Positions 23,200-36,684 of a stretch of 64,000 nt of DNA are shown here, one piece after another. Made by a program: the position numbers and the translations under genes. This stretch comes from Ranitomeya imitator (taxonomy: Eukaryota), in NCBI RefSeq assembly GCF_032444005.1, contig NC_091287.1, positions 220,162,001 to 220,226,000 of the forward strand. The letters run 5' to 3'. The notes below the pieces were generated by a model, which searched no databases, was not told the origin of the DNA, and worked only from the letters and a program-made list of their open reading frames with translations. Within the stretch, counting starts at the first letter, position 1. Each line of letters begins with the position of its first letter.

Positions 23200-25450
23200 C
23201 TACTTTAGACAGGATGGGCAGTCAGTTTGGAGATTGCTAGAACCTTGAACGTATCTTCAAGTGCAGTCCTGGAAACCCTCAATTACCGTGATGGAATTGG
23301 CTCTCATGGGGACCGCCTAAGGAAAAGGGAGAGGAAAACAAAGAATTACCTCTGCTACAGAACATAAGTTCATTATCCTCAGAAACCATTACTTTACAGG
23401 ACCTCAGATACAAGCAGTCATAAATGATTAAATGCAACCTGACCATTGTCTGTAGGATCACAGCCAAGTATGTGTGACTCTGAAATGCTGCGGCGTTTCA
23501 GAAAAAAACATACATTCATAGCCATCTGTGACTGATCAGTGTGCAACGCCCCAGAGTCCTGGTCGTTGCAGTAATATCATTCTCCTCTAGGAGGGAGTGA
23601 TGTTACGTTTGGAGGCAATAAAGGAGATCTCTTACCAGGTAACACAAATATACAACACATTTCATACTCCAGTCCACCAGGGGGAGCTATGCTCCTATTT
23701 ATTAGGGCACTCTTCACAATTAGGTAAAACTGGTGGCCTGGATAGGAAGTTAGTCAGAAGCTGGCTGAGCTTTGCTCAGGCAGTTGCTATCTGACCTCCG
23801 CTCAGGTAGTGGGTCCCTGACAGGAGTGGGATCCTGTCAGAGGCCTAGACGGAGGGACACAGAGCTGTGCCTGCCCCGCGTGTGGCAGTTCCTAAGAAAG
23901 GACACGAACATGTATAAGGACATGTACATGTAAGAACTGTATTGTAGAGAGTGAGAAGAAGTCATAGCAAAAGGAGTGGAAAACCAGAAGGAGTTCTGCC
24001 CTGCACAGGATGCCTCCTTCTGAGGTGCAGGATCCGGTAGCTGGAACACCGAGGGAGCAACAGTCCTTTTATGCCTTGCTCCAGAGACCGGCAGGACAGC
24101 TAATTGCAAGTTACTGATCTGCCATATACCCAGGAGGCACGGTGGCAACTCTCGGAGGCCGGGGCATGCTAGAGTCCCTGTAAAAAGCCTCAAGCCACCA
24201 GTCATACGGGTTTGTCCTATCCATCTGGGGACAGAGAGAGACATAACATCTAGAACAGTTGTGAGGACCTTATGAGAGGCTCAGCAATAAGGTTCTACAA
24301 CACCCAGGCGCTAGAGAAAGGCTACTGATTTCCACCTGGATAAGGGGACTCTGGATTTGCCTCCAAACCGGCCGGACTCTGCCTGCCCTGTGATCTGGTG
24401 CTCTGGACTGTGGATGCTTAAGCTTTCAGTAAAGGTGAAGAGACTGCAACCTTGTTGTCCTCTTTCTTCACTGCGCCTCACACCATCCACCATCTACACA
24501 CTGGGAAGCCCTGGGGACACACTTCACCTGTGGGAAGGTATACCATCTAGCTGCCATAACCTCACCCCAGCGGACCCATAAGCAGTGTCGGTCACCCTGA
24601 CCGAATACCACAGATGGCGTCACGAACATTATCCCTTTAAAGACCTTTCCCTTTTTACACGGACGTCCCAGGGCCACAGACCGGGTCAGTCACCGTGACA
24701 TCCCCCTTTGAGAACCAAAGGACCCGGTACCGAGTACCCCACTGCCCTTGGGGGCGATCCAAGTGCTCTGTACTAGTCAGACACACTGGTCCTCAGCAGC
24801 TTCTTCCAGCTCATGTATAAACATGTAGGCAGAGATCTGTCATTCAAGGTCAGCGGGCTGTCGGGGACCCGCCGGTCTGACTAGTGTACAGTGCGCCTCG
24901 GTCCCCGGCACTATTAAACTTGTTTTTTTTTTCTGAAAAACTGGGGTGTTTCATAGTCAAATATACCTGTCTGGTATAATACAGCCAGTGGCTGAAACAA
25001 GAAGGGACTTGTGTGAGCTAAGCAACACAAGAACTGGACATTAGTCAGTGGAAATAAATACTGTGACCGAGGAATCAAAATGACAGATTTTTGGTACGAA
25101 CCGCTATATCTTTGTGAGATGCAGAAAACTAGCATGTGTGTAGCCCACCATGAAGCATGAAAGGGGTTGGTGTGGTGATACGGGGGTGCTTATCCCAAAC
25201 CATCAAAAAAGCCATGCTGGGTGAGTTAAAGCACAGCGTGAAGACAAAGCAGTCAGCAAGTTCTCAGCATCTCTGGGAACTATTTCAATATTGTTGGAAA
25301 GCCATTCCAAGTGACTAGCCTGATGAAGCTGTTTCAGTGAATACCAAAGGGATGTAACGCTTCCTTCAGAGAAAAGAGAGTACCGGTACTTTGAAATCTA
25401 AGGTTAAATACACATACTGTTTGTGTTAAACCTGTTTTTTTTTGTAATCC
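23200..25450 (+). pseudogene. Highly decayed Tc1 transposase remnant interrupted by a solo LTR
   Basis: 5' piece resembles GRP-R..SA.E.KFI.L.RN. 3' piece resembles VKHGGG..WGC, ELK..VK.KQ.AS.QHLWELFQ.CW and the terminal ..YFE motif, with many indels. Confidence 0.55.
23542..24761. mobile_element. Solo LTR (1220 bp, probably Ty3/Gypsy-type)
   Basis: TG...CA ends with inverted termini tgcaacgcccc / ggggcgatcca and a 4-bp target duplication AGTG (23538-23541, 24762-24765). Confidence 0.88.
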
Positions 25451-26634
25451 TTATTTCTATATTTAAATATACCGTATTTTATATGTATGTGCGAAACTTT
25501 TGACCAATACTATATACTCTATTTTTCACAGTGCAGCTTAGATGTACTTGGACTATGGCTTGGAGTCAGAAGGAACAGAAATGGGAACTTGTTAGGGCAG
25601 AGACAGACTTCCGTATTTCTTGTGCGAGAATTGCATGGTAAAACTCATACTGGCTGTGGGCTCTCCTGACCTGAGCTTGACAGCTGCATAGTAATCCATC
25701 CTGCTGTCATGCTCAGGTCAAGAGAGGTGCCGGCCAGTCCCTGCAGTGCATGCGATTCTCTCTCACGAAAAATACGGCAGTGTATCTCTGCCTTTAGACC
25801 AAGTTCTTATAGCACCGCTAGGAGCAATCCTTGTTATATTTTCAAACCGAACAAGAGGTTCAAAAAGAATCAATGACTCCTGCCTGTAAAGGGTTATATG
25901 TATCACTGGTCTCCTCTTACGGGGGAAAATGTACTGTTTTGGCCTTCTTTGGCTCTGAGACTTGGACACCTGCATAACCTGTTCACCTATTATAGTACAT
26001 GACCCTGGGGTTAACTGTACTCCAAACTGGCATCTAATTTTTTCTTCTTCTTTTTTTTTTTTAAGAGGAATTGGCATTTGTAAGAAAAGATTAATTTGTG
26101 CTCCATAAGCTTTGGAAAGCAAAAGTGAAAAGTCTGGAACTACTGTTGTCCATTTTCTACTGATTTAGTGTATTTAATTGAATGCAGACCTCAGGTTTCG
26201 GGCTCTTAACAGAAAAAGTGGTTCAACTGGTTTATTGCTCTTCGTTTCATTCACTAACAAATCTCAGCTAGTTTGAGAACAAAATTTTGCAATAACGAGT
26301 GTAAACCTGGCAAAGTTTCAAGGCTCGTTCCCACATTCAACCTTTTCATATAACCATCAAAATTAATTGTGCAAATTTAAAGTGTTTTCAGCATTGATAT
26401 TGTGGTTACTCACAATGATCATATCTATTAAATATAAAATTTGGTGAATTATGAGTGCAAATGCTAGCCCCAAAATTTTATGGGATTTACCATCTGTTAA
26501 GGACCTTTTTCTATTTTTGTATTTACACTGAGCATCTTGTACTATTGCTACTGGAACTGTTTTTCTTTTTTCTGTGACCCTTCTTTTCAAAGTTATTATT
26601 GATTCTAGTGTTTAAAAAAGCCAAAAATGTCTTT

Positions 26635-27015
26635 TAAAAGGAGACTGTCACCATGTGAGATCACCATCACCATCTGAGCGCAGAATGGAGTAGGAGCTGT
26701 CAATTATTGGGTTTTGGGATTCTGTTTCAATAATATGAGTGTTTCATCAGCAGGAGATAATCACTTTCTGACTAGCTGCCTCGTGCTTGCTGGTCCAGCC
26801 ATGCCCCCACCACTGATAGCAGCTCTTTGTCAATATGCAATGTACAGAAAAAGCTGACACAGTGGGGTTGGCAGGGCTCAACATTCAAGCTCTGCTAAAT
26901 ATGCAGCATAGAAACTGTGTTTCTGTCATAATAACTGTAAGTTGCAATCACTGTCTCTCTCTGTATCAAAATAATGTCAGATTACATAGCAAAAATGAGC
27001 TGACAGATTCCCTGT
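26635..27015. mobile_element. Kolobok/T2-type MITE
   Basis: Termini ttaaaaggagactgtca / tgacagattccctgtaa. Confidence 0.6.
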
Positions 27016-27809
27016 AAACCAGCTATATGTATAACGATTATTTCTGTGGGCATTTGATTTTTCTCCTCTAATTCCAAGTTCACACTAGGCATTTTTGCTG
27101 CAATTTTTCTGCAGCAAAACCTGCACTCTTGGCAGAAAACAAGCAGTGTCAAAACCACATGTTTTGGTGTGTTTTTGGTGCTGTTTTGGTATGGTTTTTA
27201 AGGATCCCAAAGTTCAGCTTTGCTTCCATCACAGAAGTATGAACACATGTCCCAATACAAGACATATGTTTTTGAAAAAATATACAAACAAAAGTAACGG
27301 CTGAGGGAGTCTTGAATTAGTGTGGAATAATTTACCTAAGACCCTGGCAGTGCATTGAGTTTATAGGACACTGTTTACTTTTGCGCATCGCTAATTTAAT
27401 TCAACTGTACTAATCCCAACTGCCATCTAAGGTGACAAAGACAAGTAAATCTGGAAAAATCACAAAAATAAATGGGTGTCATTTACTGCTGCACTTGCGT
27501 TTTTTCATTTTGTCAGCATTTTTTTTCATCGCCTATTGCTTTCAATGGGTGAAAAAAACGCTGAAAGAAATGACATGCTCTATGTCCAAAAAAAATTGCA
27601 AAGCACAAAATACTGATGACAAAAAAGTGTGTGCATGAGATATCTGAAATCTCATAGGCTTTGCTGGTACTGTAAAACGCAGCTGAAAATTAGCATAAAA
27701 AAGCATAAAATAACGCTGCAAAAACACCTAGTGTACCCTTAGCCTAATAGGAGTTTTGTGGTACACATCCAGTTGGTTGAAATGCAAATTTGCTTCTTTA
27801 TTTTCTTAA

Positions 27810-29574
27810 CTAGCTGAGAGCCCGGCGTTGCCCGGGCATAGTAAATATCTGTAGTCAGTTATAGCACCTCACTTCTCTTATTTTCCCATCACGCCTCTCA
27901 TTTTCCCCCTCACATTTCTCATTTTCTCCCGCACTCCTCTCATTCTCCCCTAACACTTGTCATTTCAACTTCACATCTGTCATTTTCTGATCACTCCACT
28001 ATTTTTCCTCACTCCTCTCATTTTGCACTCACACCTTTTCATTTTCACCTCACACCTCTCATTTTCACCTCATCACCTCAGTATATACATGTTTGTCATC
28101 TCCCTTATATATAGTATACATCTGTATGTCATCTCCTGTATATAGTATATACCTGTATGTCATCTCCCCTGTATATAGTATATACCTGCTGTCATCTCCC
28201 CTATATATAGTATATACCTGAATGTCATCTCCTTCTATATATAGTATATACCTGTATGTCATCTCCTCCTGTATATAGTATATACCTGTGTGTCATCTCC
28301 CCTGTATATAGTATATATCTGTCATCTCCTCCTGTATATGGTATATACCTGTATGTCATCTCGTCCTGTATATATATGTACCTGTATGTCATCTCCTCTA
28401 TATAGTATATATCTGTGTGTCATCTCTCCTGTATATAGTATATACCTGTGTGTCATCTCCTCCTGTATTAGACCTCGTTCACACGTTATTTGCTCAGTAT
28501 TTTTACCTCCGTATTTGTAAGCTAAATTGGCAGCCTGATAAATCCCCAGCCAACAGGAAGCCCTCCCCTGGCAGTATATACTAGCTCACACATACACATA
28601 ATAGACAGGTCATGTGACTGACAGCTGCCGTATTTCCTATATGGTACATTTGTTGTAGTTTGTCTGCTTGTTAATCAGATTTTTATTTTTGAAGGATAAT
28701 ACCAGACTTGTGTGTGTTTTAGGGCGAGTTTCGTTTGTCAAGTTGTGTGTGTTGAGTTGCATGTGGCGACATGCATGTAGCGACTTTTGTGAGATGAGTT
28801 TTGTGTGGCAACATGCGTGTAGCAACTTTTTGTGTGTCGAGTTGCATGTGACAGGTTAGTGTAGCAAGTTGTGTGCAGCAAGTTTTGCGCATGGCGAGTT
28901 TTGCGCGTGGTGAGTTTTATGTGTGGTGCCTTTTGAGTATGTGCAAGTTTTGTGTGAGGCAACTTCTGCATGTGTTGCAATTTTTCCGCGTGTGCAAGTT
29001 TTGCGTGTGGCGAGTTTTTCCATGAGGTGAGTTTTGCACTTGTGGCGAGTTTTCCATGAGGTGAGTTTTGCACTTGTGGCGAGTTTTGCAAGAGCCTAGT
29101 TTTTGCATGTGGCAAGTTCTGCGCGTGGCGAGTTTTGAGTGGCGACTTTTGTGTTTCGACTTTTATGTGGCGAGGTTGGTGTATGTGTGGTGAGATGTGT
29201 GCTGTGGGTAATATGTGTTCAAGCACGTGGTAGTGTGTGGCGCATTTTGTGTGTGTGTTCATATCCCCGTGTGTGGTGAGTATCCCATGTCGGGGCCCCA
29301 CCTTAGCAACTGTACGGTATATACTCTTTGGCGCCATCGCTCTCATTCTTTAAGTCCCCCTTGTTCACATCTGGCAGCTGTCAATTTGCCTCCTACACTT
29401 TTCCTTTCACTTTTTTCCCCATTATGTAGATAGGGGCAAAATTGTTTGGTGAATTTGAAAGCGCGGGGTTAAAATTTCACCTCACAACATAGCCTATAAC
29501 GCTCTCGGGGTCCAGACGTGTGACTGTGCAAAATTTTGTGGCTGTAGCTGCGACGGTGCAGATGCCAATCCCGG

Positions 29575-29664
<90 letters not shown>

Positions 29665-29680
29665 AGCTTTATATATTCGA
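27810..29680 (-). mobile_element. Non-autonomous Helitron carrying internal mini- and microsatellites
   Basis: Minus strand reads A|TC...cccgggcaacgccggg (hairpin)-ctctcag-CTAG|T. Cargo: ~30-bp repeat 28080-28465, gtggcgagtttt repeat 28730-29170, and (CA)n 29579-29661. Confidence 0.85.
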
Positions 29681-29803
29681 TTACATAACTTTGGAACATA
29701 GGGGCACAGGGAAAGGAAGATGATATTCTAGAATCAGTAAAACAGTGGTATTTGAATGAAATACCTGTTTAAATTAAATTTAAAATCCAGAGACTGTCCT
29801 TGT

Positions 29804-32620
29804 TTAACCCCTTCACCCCGAAGCCCATTTTCACCTTCCTGACCAAGCCAAGTGACCACTGTCACTTTATGAGGTCAGAACTCTGGAACGCTTCAATGGA
29901 TCCCACAGATTCTATGATTGTTTTTTTGTGACATATTGTACTTTGTGATAGTGGTATTTGATAAGACTTGTTTATTTGTGAAAAAATTGAAAATTTGGCA
30001 ATTTTCAAACTTGTATTTTTTATGCCCTTAAATCAAAGAGTCAGGTCAGACAAAATAGTTAATAAATAACATTTCCCAGATATCTATTTTACATCAGCAC
30101 AATTTTTTAAGCATAATTTTCTGTTAGGAAGTTATAAGGGTTAAAACTTGACCATCGATTTCTCATTTTTACAACAAAATTTACAAAATCATTTTTTTAG
30201 GGACCACCTCACATTTGAAGTGACTTTGGAGGGCCTATATGTCAGAAAATACCCCAAAGAGATACGTTTTTAGTTTCACATTGGTAACAGGAGCAATTGA
30301 ACCCCAAAAGTTGTGCAATTTCTCCTTTGTTTCTGCAATTTCTCGGATACCCTATATATGTGGGAAAACCATTCTTTGGGCTCAGGGCCAAGGAATGGAG
30401 CATCGTTTTTACTTTTTGGTCAGAATTGAGAGTGGACGCCTTGTTGCACAGACCAGGATTGTTGGAGAAGGAGTTGCATTGATAAGTGGTGTCCTTGCTT
30501 ATCCACTTCTGTAACACACTTGGCACCTCTTTTGCGACCCTTTTTTTTTTTTTTTGTGCTCTGATAGACCTCCATGGGGAAATGTTGGTCTGGTATGATA
30601 GGAGCACCTTCAGTTTCGAAAGTACTGGAGGGGCTTAATCACTACCTTCTGGAACTCAAGGTACAACATACATGGTTTGGCCTGCACATCGAGATAGCAC
30701 AAAAGCATTGTACATTGCTATCTGTAAGATGTGCACAACCAGCTTGTTTTATCACACCTTGGCTTTTCTCATGGCACTGCATGGCTGGAGGACTTGAACA
30801 TAGAGATCAACTCCCCCCATGCTCTTATTGTACTCCACTACACAGTGTGGATTGTGGACCAGTGTAGAGGTACCTTGTACAGTTCTGGGAATGCTACCAT
30901 CACCATGTGTGGTGGTCAAGGAAAGGACATCCCTCTTGTATTTGAACAGCAGCATGTTATTGCTACATGGAGCTTTCTGTCACCCTTTATGAGCAGCTGC
31001 CAAATTAGCGTCCTAGGGAGGCCTCTCTGATTTTTGCGCACAGTACCACAGGCTGTTGTGGCTCGCGAAGATAGGGACTTGAGCAGTGGGCGCTGGTATA
31101 AAAGCTATCTACTTAAAAGCAATAACCTTGATCCAGCAGTGGATACACCAAATCCCACACAATTTTCCCACTCACTCCTTGAGCTGGGGGGCATTTTGTT
31201 GGGTTCAGTCCAGGAGTCTTTCCTTTCATAAGCCCTTAACTAGCTTAATTCCATACCTGACCCTCTTCCTGGGCAGATATTGATGGAATTTGAGCCTCTC
31301 TTTGAAATGGATTGGGGACTCATCCACGCAGATGTCCCTTTGGGGCAAGTACACCTCAGCAAACTTTTTGTTCAAGTGCTCAATGACCGTCCGAACTTTG
31401 AAAAGCGGTCAAAGTTGTGATCAGGACAGACATTGTTCATTATCATTGTAATGCAAGCATTTCTCAAGGTTCTCAAAATGTTGCTGGTCCTGACCATGCG
31501 GAATGGTGTAGTGCTGTATAAAAAATCAAGACTCCAATATTGCCGAAGTCTTGTTTTCTTCACAATCCTTATGTGAAGAACCAGGCCCCAAAAGCTCATC
31601 ATTTCTACTGTCTACAGGAGTCCAGTTAGAAAATGATGAAGGACGGATTTTGTTCCTGAAATTACTGGGCATACATAGTTAGTAAGGCCAAAAAAAGACA
31701 TTTGTCCATCCAGTTCAGCCTATATTCCATCATAATAATTTCCCAGATCTACGTCCTTCTACAGAACCTAATAATTGTATGATACAATATTGTTCTGCTC
31801 CAGGAAGACATCCAGGCCTCTCTTGAACCCCTCGACTGAGTTCGCCATCACCACCTCCTCAGGCAAGCAATTCCAGATTCTCACTGCCCTAACAGTAAAG
31901 AATCCTCTTCTATGTTGGTGGAAAAACCTTCTCTCCTCCAGACGCAAAGAATGCCCCCTTGTGCCCGTCACCTTTCTTGGTATAAACAGATCCTCAGCGA
32001 GATATTTGTATTGTCCCCTTATATACTTATACATGGTTATTAGATCGCCCCTCAGTCGTCTTTTTTCTAGACTAAATAATCCTAATTTCGCTAATCTATC
32101 TGGGTATTGTAGTTCTCCCATCCCCTTTATTAATTTTGTTGCCCTCCTTTGTACTCTCTCTAGTTCCATTATATCCTTCCTGAGCACCGGTGCCCAAATA
32201 GTAACATAGTTACATAGTTCAAACAAATTTGTTTGAAATACAATGAGGTTTACAAATTCCTTAGAGCAAAAGACTTTCTGTGAGGCTGATGTCAAATTTG
32301 ATTCCTGATTGCGCCACAAAATCAGGAATTGGTGGCTCATAATCTTCAGAGGGTTGGGTCCTTACGAGGTCAGTAACGGTTGGCGCTGGTTGATTTTTTG
32401 TCTTGAGGCATCTGTGTGGTGGATCAGTATCATTTGAGGAGGAGGAAAAATAAAGGAGGGTGGGATTCTCTTATCGGTGTTGGAGGCAAGGAAGGTGTTT
32501 GCTTCCTCCACTGAATACTGGTTTGGGATGAGCGGGGAATTTTTTTTACCTATGTGTGGTGTTTGTGTGAGTACAAAATTTTATTCAGGTGTGTGTGTCC
32601 TTGGTGTACACTTTTTTTAA
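29804..32620 (-). mobile_element. piggyBac element remnant with PGBD4-like transposase pseudogene (~30530-32330, minus strand)
   Basis: TTAA-ccccttc terminus at 29804. Minus-strand motifs IVFQTNL|YAQ, FWGLVL..VKK.RLRQYWS, DICVDES and EYNKSMGGVD, with many stops and frameshifts. Confidence 0.85.
31673..32222 (-). mobile_element. 5'-truncated CR1 LINE inserted in the piggyBac transposase
   Basis: ORF2 C-terminus WAPVLRKDIMELERVQRRATKLIKG...LEKRRLRGDLI...TRGHSLRL...VRIWNCLP and an actatgt-type tail. Removing it restores QTNLYAQ. Confidence 0.93.
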
Positions 32621-33025
32621 CTTAGAACAGAAAGATAATGATGAAAGAAAAAAAAACAACCACCAGAGGTTGATCAATGATGTGCGATTGTAGCTGCTGT
32701 GATTGAGGCCGGTTGTTAATCAGGGCTGGGGTCGTGGGTAACAGCCACGGTTCTGTATTGACTGAACGTGTGTGTGTGGCAGCCCTAAAAGGCGGTGGCC
32801 ACATCTTATAGCGGCAAAATCTGCTGACAGGTTCCCTTTAACTGCATATCTGCAGATTAATAGCCTTATTTCTGGTGACAGGTTTCCTTTAACATAGCAC
32901 AAAAATGTACCAATGAAAATGCTTGCCAACCGGGCGTAATACGGGTTCACTAGCTCGTCCTGGTATATGGTCCCCCATCCTTGTATATTCTCCCCCAGCC
33001 TGGTATATGCTCCCCCATCCTATTA

Positions 33026-34732
33026 CAACCCCTGACAAAAATTATGGAATCACCTGTCTTGGAAGATGTTCATTCAGTTCTTTAATTTTGTAGAACAAAA
33101 AAAAGCAGATCACAGACATGGCACAAAACTAAAGTCATTTCAAATGGCAACTTTCTGGCTTTAAGAAACACTAAAAGAAATCAAGAACAAAAAATGTGGT
33201 AGTCAGTAATGAATAAATTTTTTTTTAACCAAGAATAGGGGAAAAATTATGGAATCACTCAATTCTGAGGAAAAATTATGGCATCATAATCATAAAATCA
33301 TAAATCAAACAAACAAAAAAACACTCCAGCACATCACTAGTATTTTGTTGCACCTCCTCTCGCTTTTATAACAGCTTGCAGTATCTGAGGCATGGACTAG
33401 AGTGTCAAACAGTACTTTTCATCAATCTGGCTCCAACTTTCTCTGATTGCTGTTGCCAGATCAGCTTTGCAGGTTGGAGCCTTGTCATGGACCATTTTCT
33501 TCAACTTCCACAAAAGATTTTCAATCGGATTGAGATTCAGACTATTTCCAGGCCATGACATTGACCTTATGTGTCTTTTTTCAAGGAATGTTTTCACAGT
33601 TTTTGCTCTATGGCAGGATGCATTATCTTGAAAAATGATTTCAAAATCCCCAAACATCCTTTCAATTGATGGGATAAGAAAAGTGTCCAAAATATCAACA
33701 TAAACTTGTGCATTTATTGAAGATGTAATGACAGCCATCTCCCCAGTGCTTTTACCTGACATGCAGCCCCATATCATCAATGACTGTGTAAATGTGCATG
33801 TTCTCTTCAGGCAGTCATCTTTATAAATCTATTTGGAACGGTACCAAACAAAAGTTCCAGCATCATCACCTTGCCCAATGCAGATTCGTGATTCATCACT
33901 GAATATGACTTTCATCCAGTCATCCACAGTCCACGATTGCTTTTCCTTAGCCCATTGTAACCTTGTTTTTTTCTGGTAAGGTGTTAATGATGGCTTTCGT
34001 TTAGCTTTTCTGTATGTAAATCCCATTTCCTTTAGGCGGTTTCTTACAGTTCGGTCACAGACGTCGACTCCAGGTTCCACCCATTCGTTCCTCATTTGTT
34101 TTGTTGGGCATTTCCTGTTTTGAAGACATATTGCTTTAAGTTTTCGGTCTTGACACTTTGATGTCTTCCTTGGTCTACCATTATGTTGGCCTTTAACAAC
34201 CTTCCCATGTTGTTTGTATTTGGTGCAGATTTTAGACACAGCAGACTGTGAACAACCAACATATTTTGCAACATTGCCTGATGATTTACCCTCTTTTAAG
34301 AGTTTGATAATCCTCTCCTTTGTTTCAATTGACATCTCTCACGTTGGAGCCATGATTCATGTCAGTCCACTTGGGGCAACAGCTTTCCAAGGTGTGATCA
34401 CTCCTTTTTAGATGCAGACCAACGAGCAGATCTAATTTGATACAGGTGTTATTTTGGGGTATGAAAATTGACAAGGTGATTCCATAATTTTTTCCTCAGA
34501 ATTGAGTGATTCCATAGTTTCCCCCCTATGCTTGGTTAAAAAAAGTAACCATTCCTGACTACCGCATTTTTTGTTCTTGATTTCTTTTAGCGTTTCTTAA
34601 AGCCAGAAAGTTGCCATTTGAAATAACTTTAGTTTTGTGCCATGTCTGTGATCTGCTTTTTTTTCCCTACAAAATAAACAACTGAATGAACATCCTCCAA
34701 GGCCGGTGATTCCATAATTTTTCCAGGGGTTG
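33026..34732 (-). mobile_element. Full-length Tc1-like element with frameshifted transposase
   Basis: TA flanks (33024-33025, 34733-34734), long TIRs with internal aaaaattatggaatcac repeats, and motifs FSDESRI, QDNA..H and SLNLNPIENL in ORFs 33829..34335 and 33397..33780. Confidence 0.95.
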
Positions 34733-35344
34733 TATATGCTCCCCCAACCTGCCTGTGCTGCTGTTGTTCAGTACGTACATACAAAAAAAATAAAATAAAC
34801 ACTCCTACTGACTTTTTCCCCGCTCCCCTGCAGTGCATCGTCTGCGTTAAATATTTAAATAAAAAGGCTGGGCCATAGAATACTAGCACTTTTTACTTAT
34901 TGTGTCTCAAATATTTCCCCAAACACTGTAAGCTTGTGAGCAGGGCTCTCACTCCTGTAACTGTTGCAGTGTCACCCTGTAAGGTTTTATATTGCTTGCA
35001 CATGTCCTCTCTGAATTGCTATGTGAATAAATGTATTTTTACTAACCTTAAAACTATGAAATTTGTCATTAAAAGATACATTCTAGTACTGCGAGCAGAT
35101 CAATAAATAATGCTCATTCATTACCTACCGCCGAAGATTTGTCACGAGCATGGCAAGATAAATAAGCTATTCTCTTTTGTGAACATTTGCCATCATTGTT
35201 TTTATTTTGATCAGTCCTCTATTACAGTTTGCACTGGTTAGGTGCAGTAAAGAGAAATTAAATGTCATAGCAATTTACTGGTGAGACATAAATTGGCTGG
35301 AAAAGAGTGTTTGCCACAGGATTCGAGCTGTCTGATCTCTTGAA

Positions 35345-35653
35345 GGCTAGGTTCACATCGCGTTAGGGCATTTCGTTTAAGGGATCCATTAAACGGATGC
35401 GCTAGTAATAGAGTTCAATGCTTGCGTTCGCTGTGCGTTCGCCGTAACTTCCCTGAAAATGCTGTAGTCCATGATCGAAGGTGCCTCACAAAGTAACGGA
35501 CTGTCGCTAACGCATGCCAATTTTGACATGCGTTAGGATGCGTTACGCTAATAGAAGTCTATGAGCGCCTTTAACAGATCCGTTACATAGCATTAGTGCC
35601 GCTTAGAAACGGATCCGTTAAACAGAATGCCCTAACGAGATGTGAACCTAGCC
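35345..35653. mobile_element. PIF/Harbinger-type MITE
   Basis: Termini ggctaggttcacatc / gatgtgaacctagcc. 3-bp duplication GAA on both sides. Confidence 0.85.
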
Positions 35654-36139
35654 GAAGGGATTACGGATCCAGTAAATGTCCAGGAATTGTTTATCAGAGG
35701 TATGATTAGCAGCAGGAAGGCTACACTACGTCACAGCAGAGAAGCTGAACTGAACCTTCATCAGTGCCCGGACATACCAGACCGAACATCCCAACTGGCA
35801 TCACAAACCTTTTTATTAACCATATTATTAAACCCACAATTGACAAAGACTGGCGCACGCCTCCGGTAAGATTGAGCCAGCACTCGCAACTGCCGTGGTC
35901 CAGTACCGTTACCGCAACGGCCCAGCCGGTGCTGTACAAGTGTAACAGGCCTCGTTCTGTTGAGGAAATAAAGCAGAGTGGAACTTGCCATCCCTAATTG
36001 GGCTGCATACGTCGGGGTTGATAGAAACCAACCCAGATGCATATCAAATGCTAAGAGAATGGGGCACCTATGGTGGCCCACCCTAAAACAGCTACACCAA
36101 CTCCAGAAAACATGGCAAATAGGAGAAAAAGGAGTACCA

Positions 36140-36490
36140 GGTGATAAATTTACTAAAAAACAGTAAAAATCTTTATTAAATATCAAAAAGAATAAATAAA
36201 CCACATTAAAGAAGGTAACCTATACTCCACGGAGGTACAGAAAGGAAGAGAGGTAACCACCTCAGCAGTGCAAGGTATCAAGCATTACATTATAGTCATG
36301 GTGCAAAAACAAGACCATGGAAAAAGGAAGCCCACATATTAATTAAACAAACACACATCACACAGGATAACACCTAAAAAGTGCAAGGGGCCAAGCTTAC
36401 CCAGGTCTGTAAGAAAGGTGGTCACCCCAAGGACTGATGTCAGCCCCGACACGCGTTTCGCTGGCACAAACGCAGCTTTCTCAAGCCCAT
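36140..36490 (-). mobile_element. Second Penelope-like fragment (boundaries uncertain)
   Basis: Same layout as 12927-13482: hammerhead-like motif at the minus-strand 5' end and aaatctttatt (AATAAA on the minus strand) ~270 nt downstream. No TSD found. Confidence 0.5.
36443..36486 (-). ncRNA. Hammerhead-like motif with U3-A8 core variant; stem I incomplete
   Basis: Minus strand: c UUGAGAA A GCUG-cguuugugc-CAGC GAAA C-GCGU-G UC GGGGCUG. Confidence 0.6.
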
Positions 36491-36684
36491 TGCATGAAAG
36501 GTCTGGAGAATAGGAGTGGCACTGGATATGCCAGGGCAAGGCGAAGTGCGTAGGCCATGTATAATAATAGTACTCTGAAGAGGGTAGAAGAACTTGTCTT
36601 AGCACTTCGGAGTATAGATCAACCTTACAGCAAATGTCAGCTGCTTGTTCAGTTCCCGTAGTTAATGAGTGCCCTCTTTTTTAG

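Noticed and set aside
25320-25345. Hammerhead-like string ctgatgaagctgtttcagtgaat
   Set aside because: GAAA is replaced by GAAT, there is no stem I or III, and it lies in the C-terminal coding remnant of a Tc1 transposase, so it is probably coincidental.
28738-29723. His/Thr/Lys-rich and (CV)n/(TH)n ORFs
   Set aside because: Translations of tandem repeats inside the Helitron.
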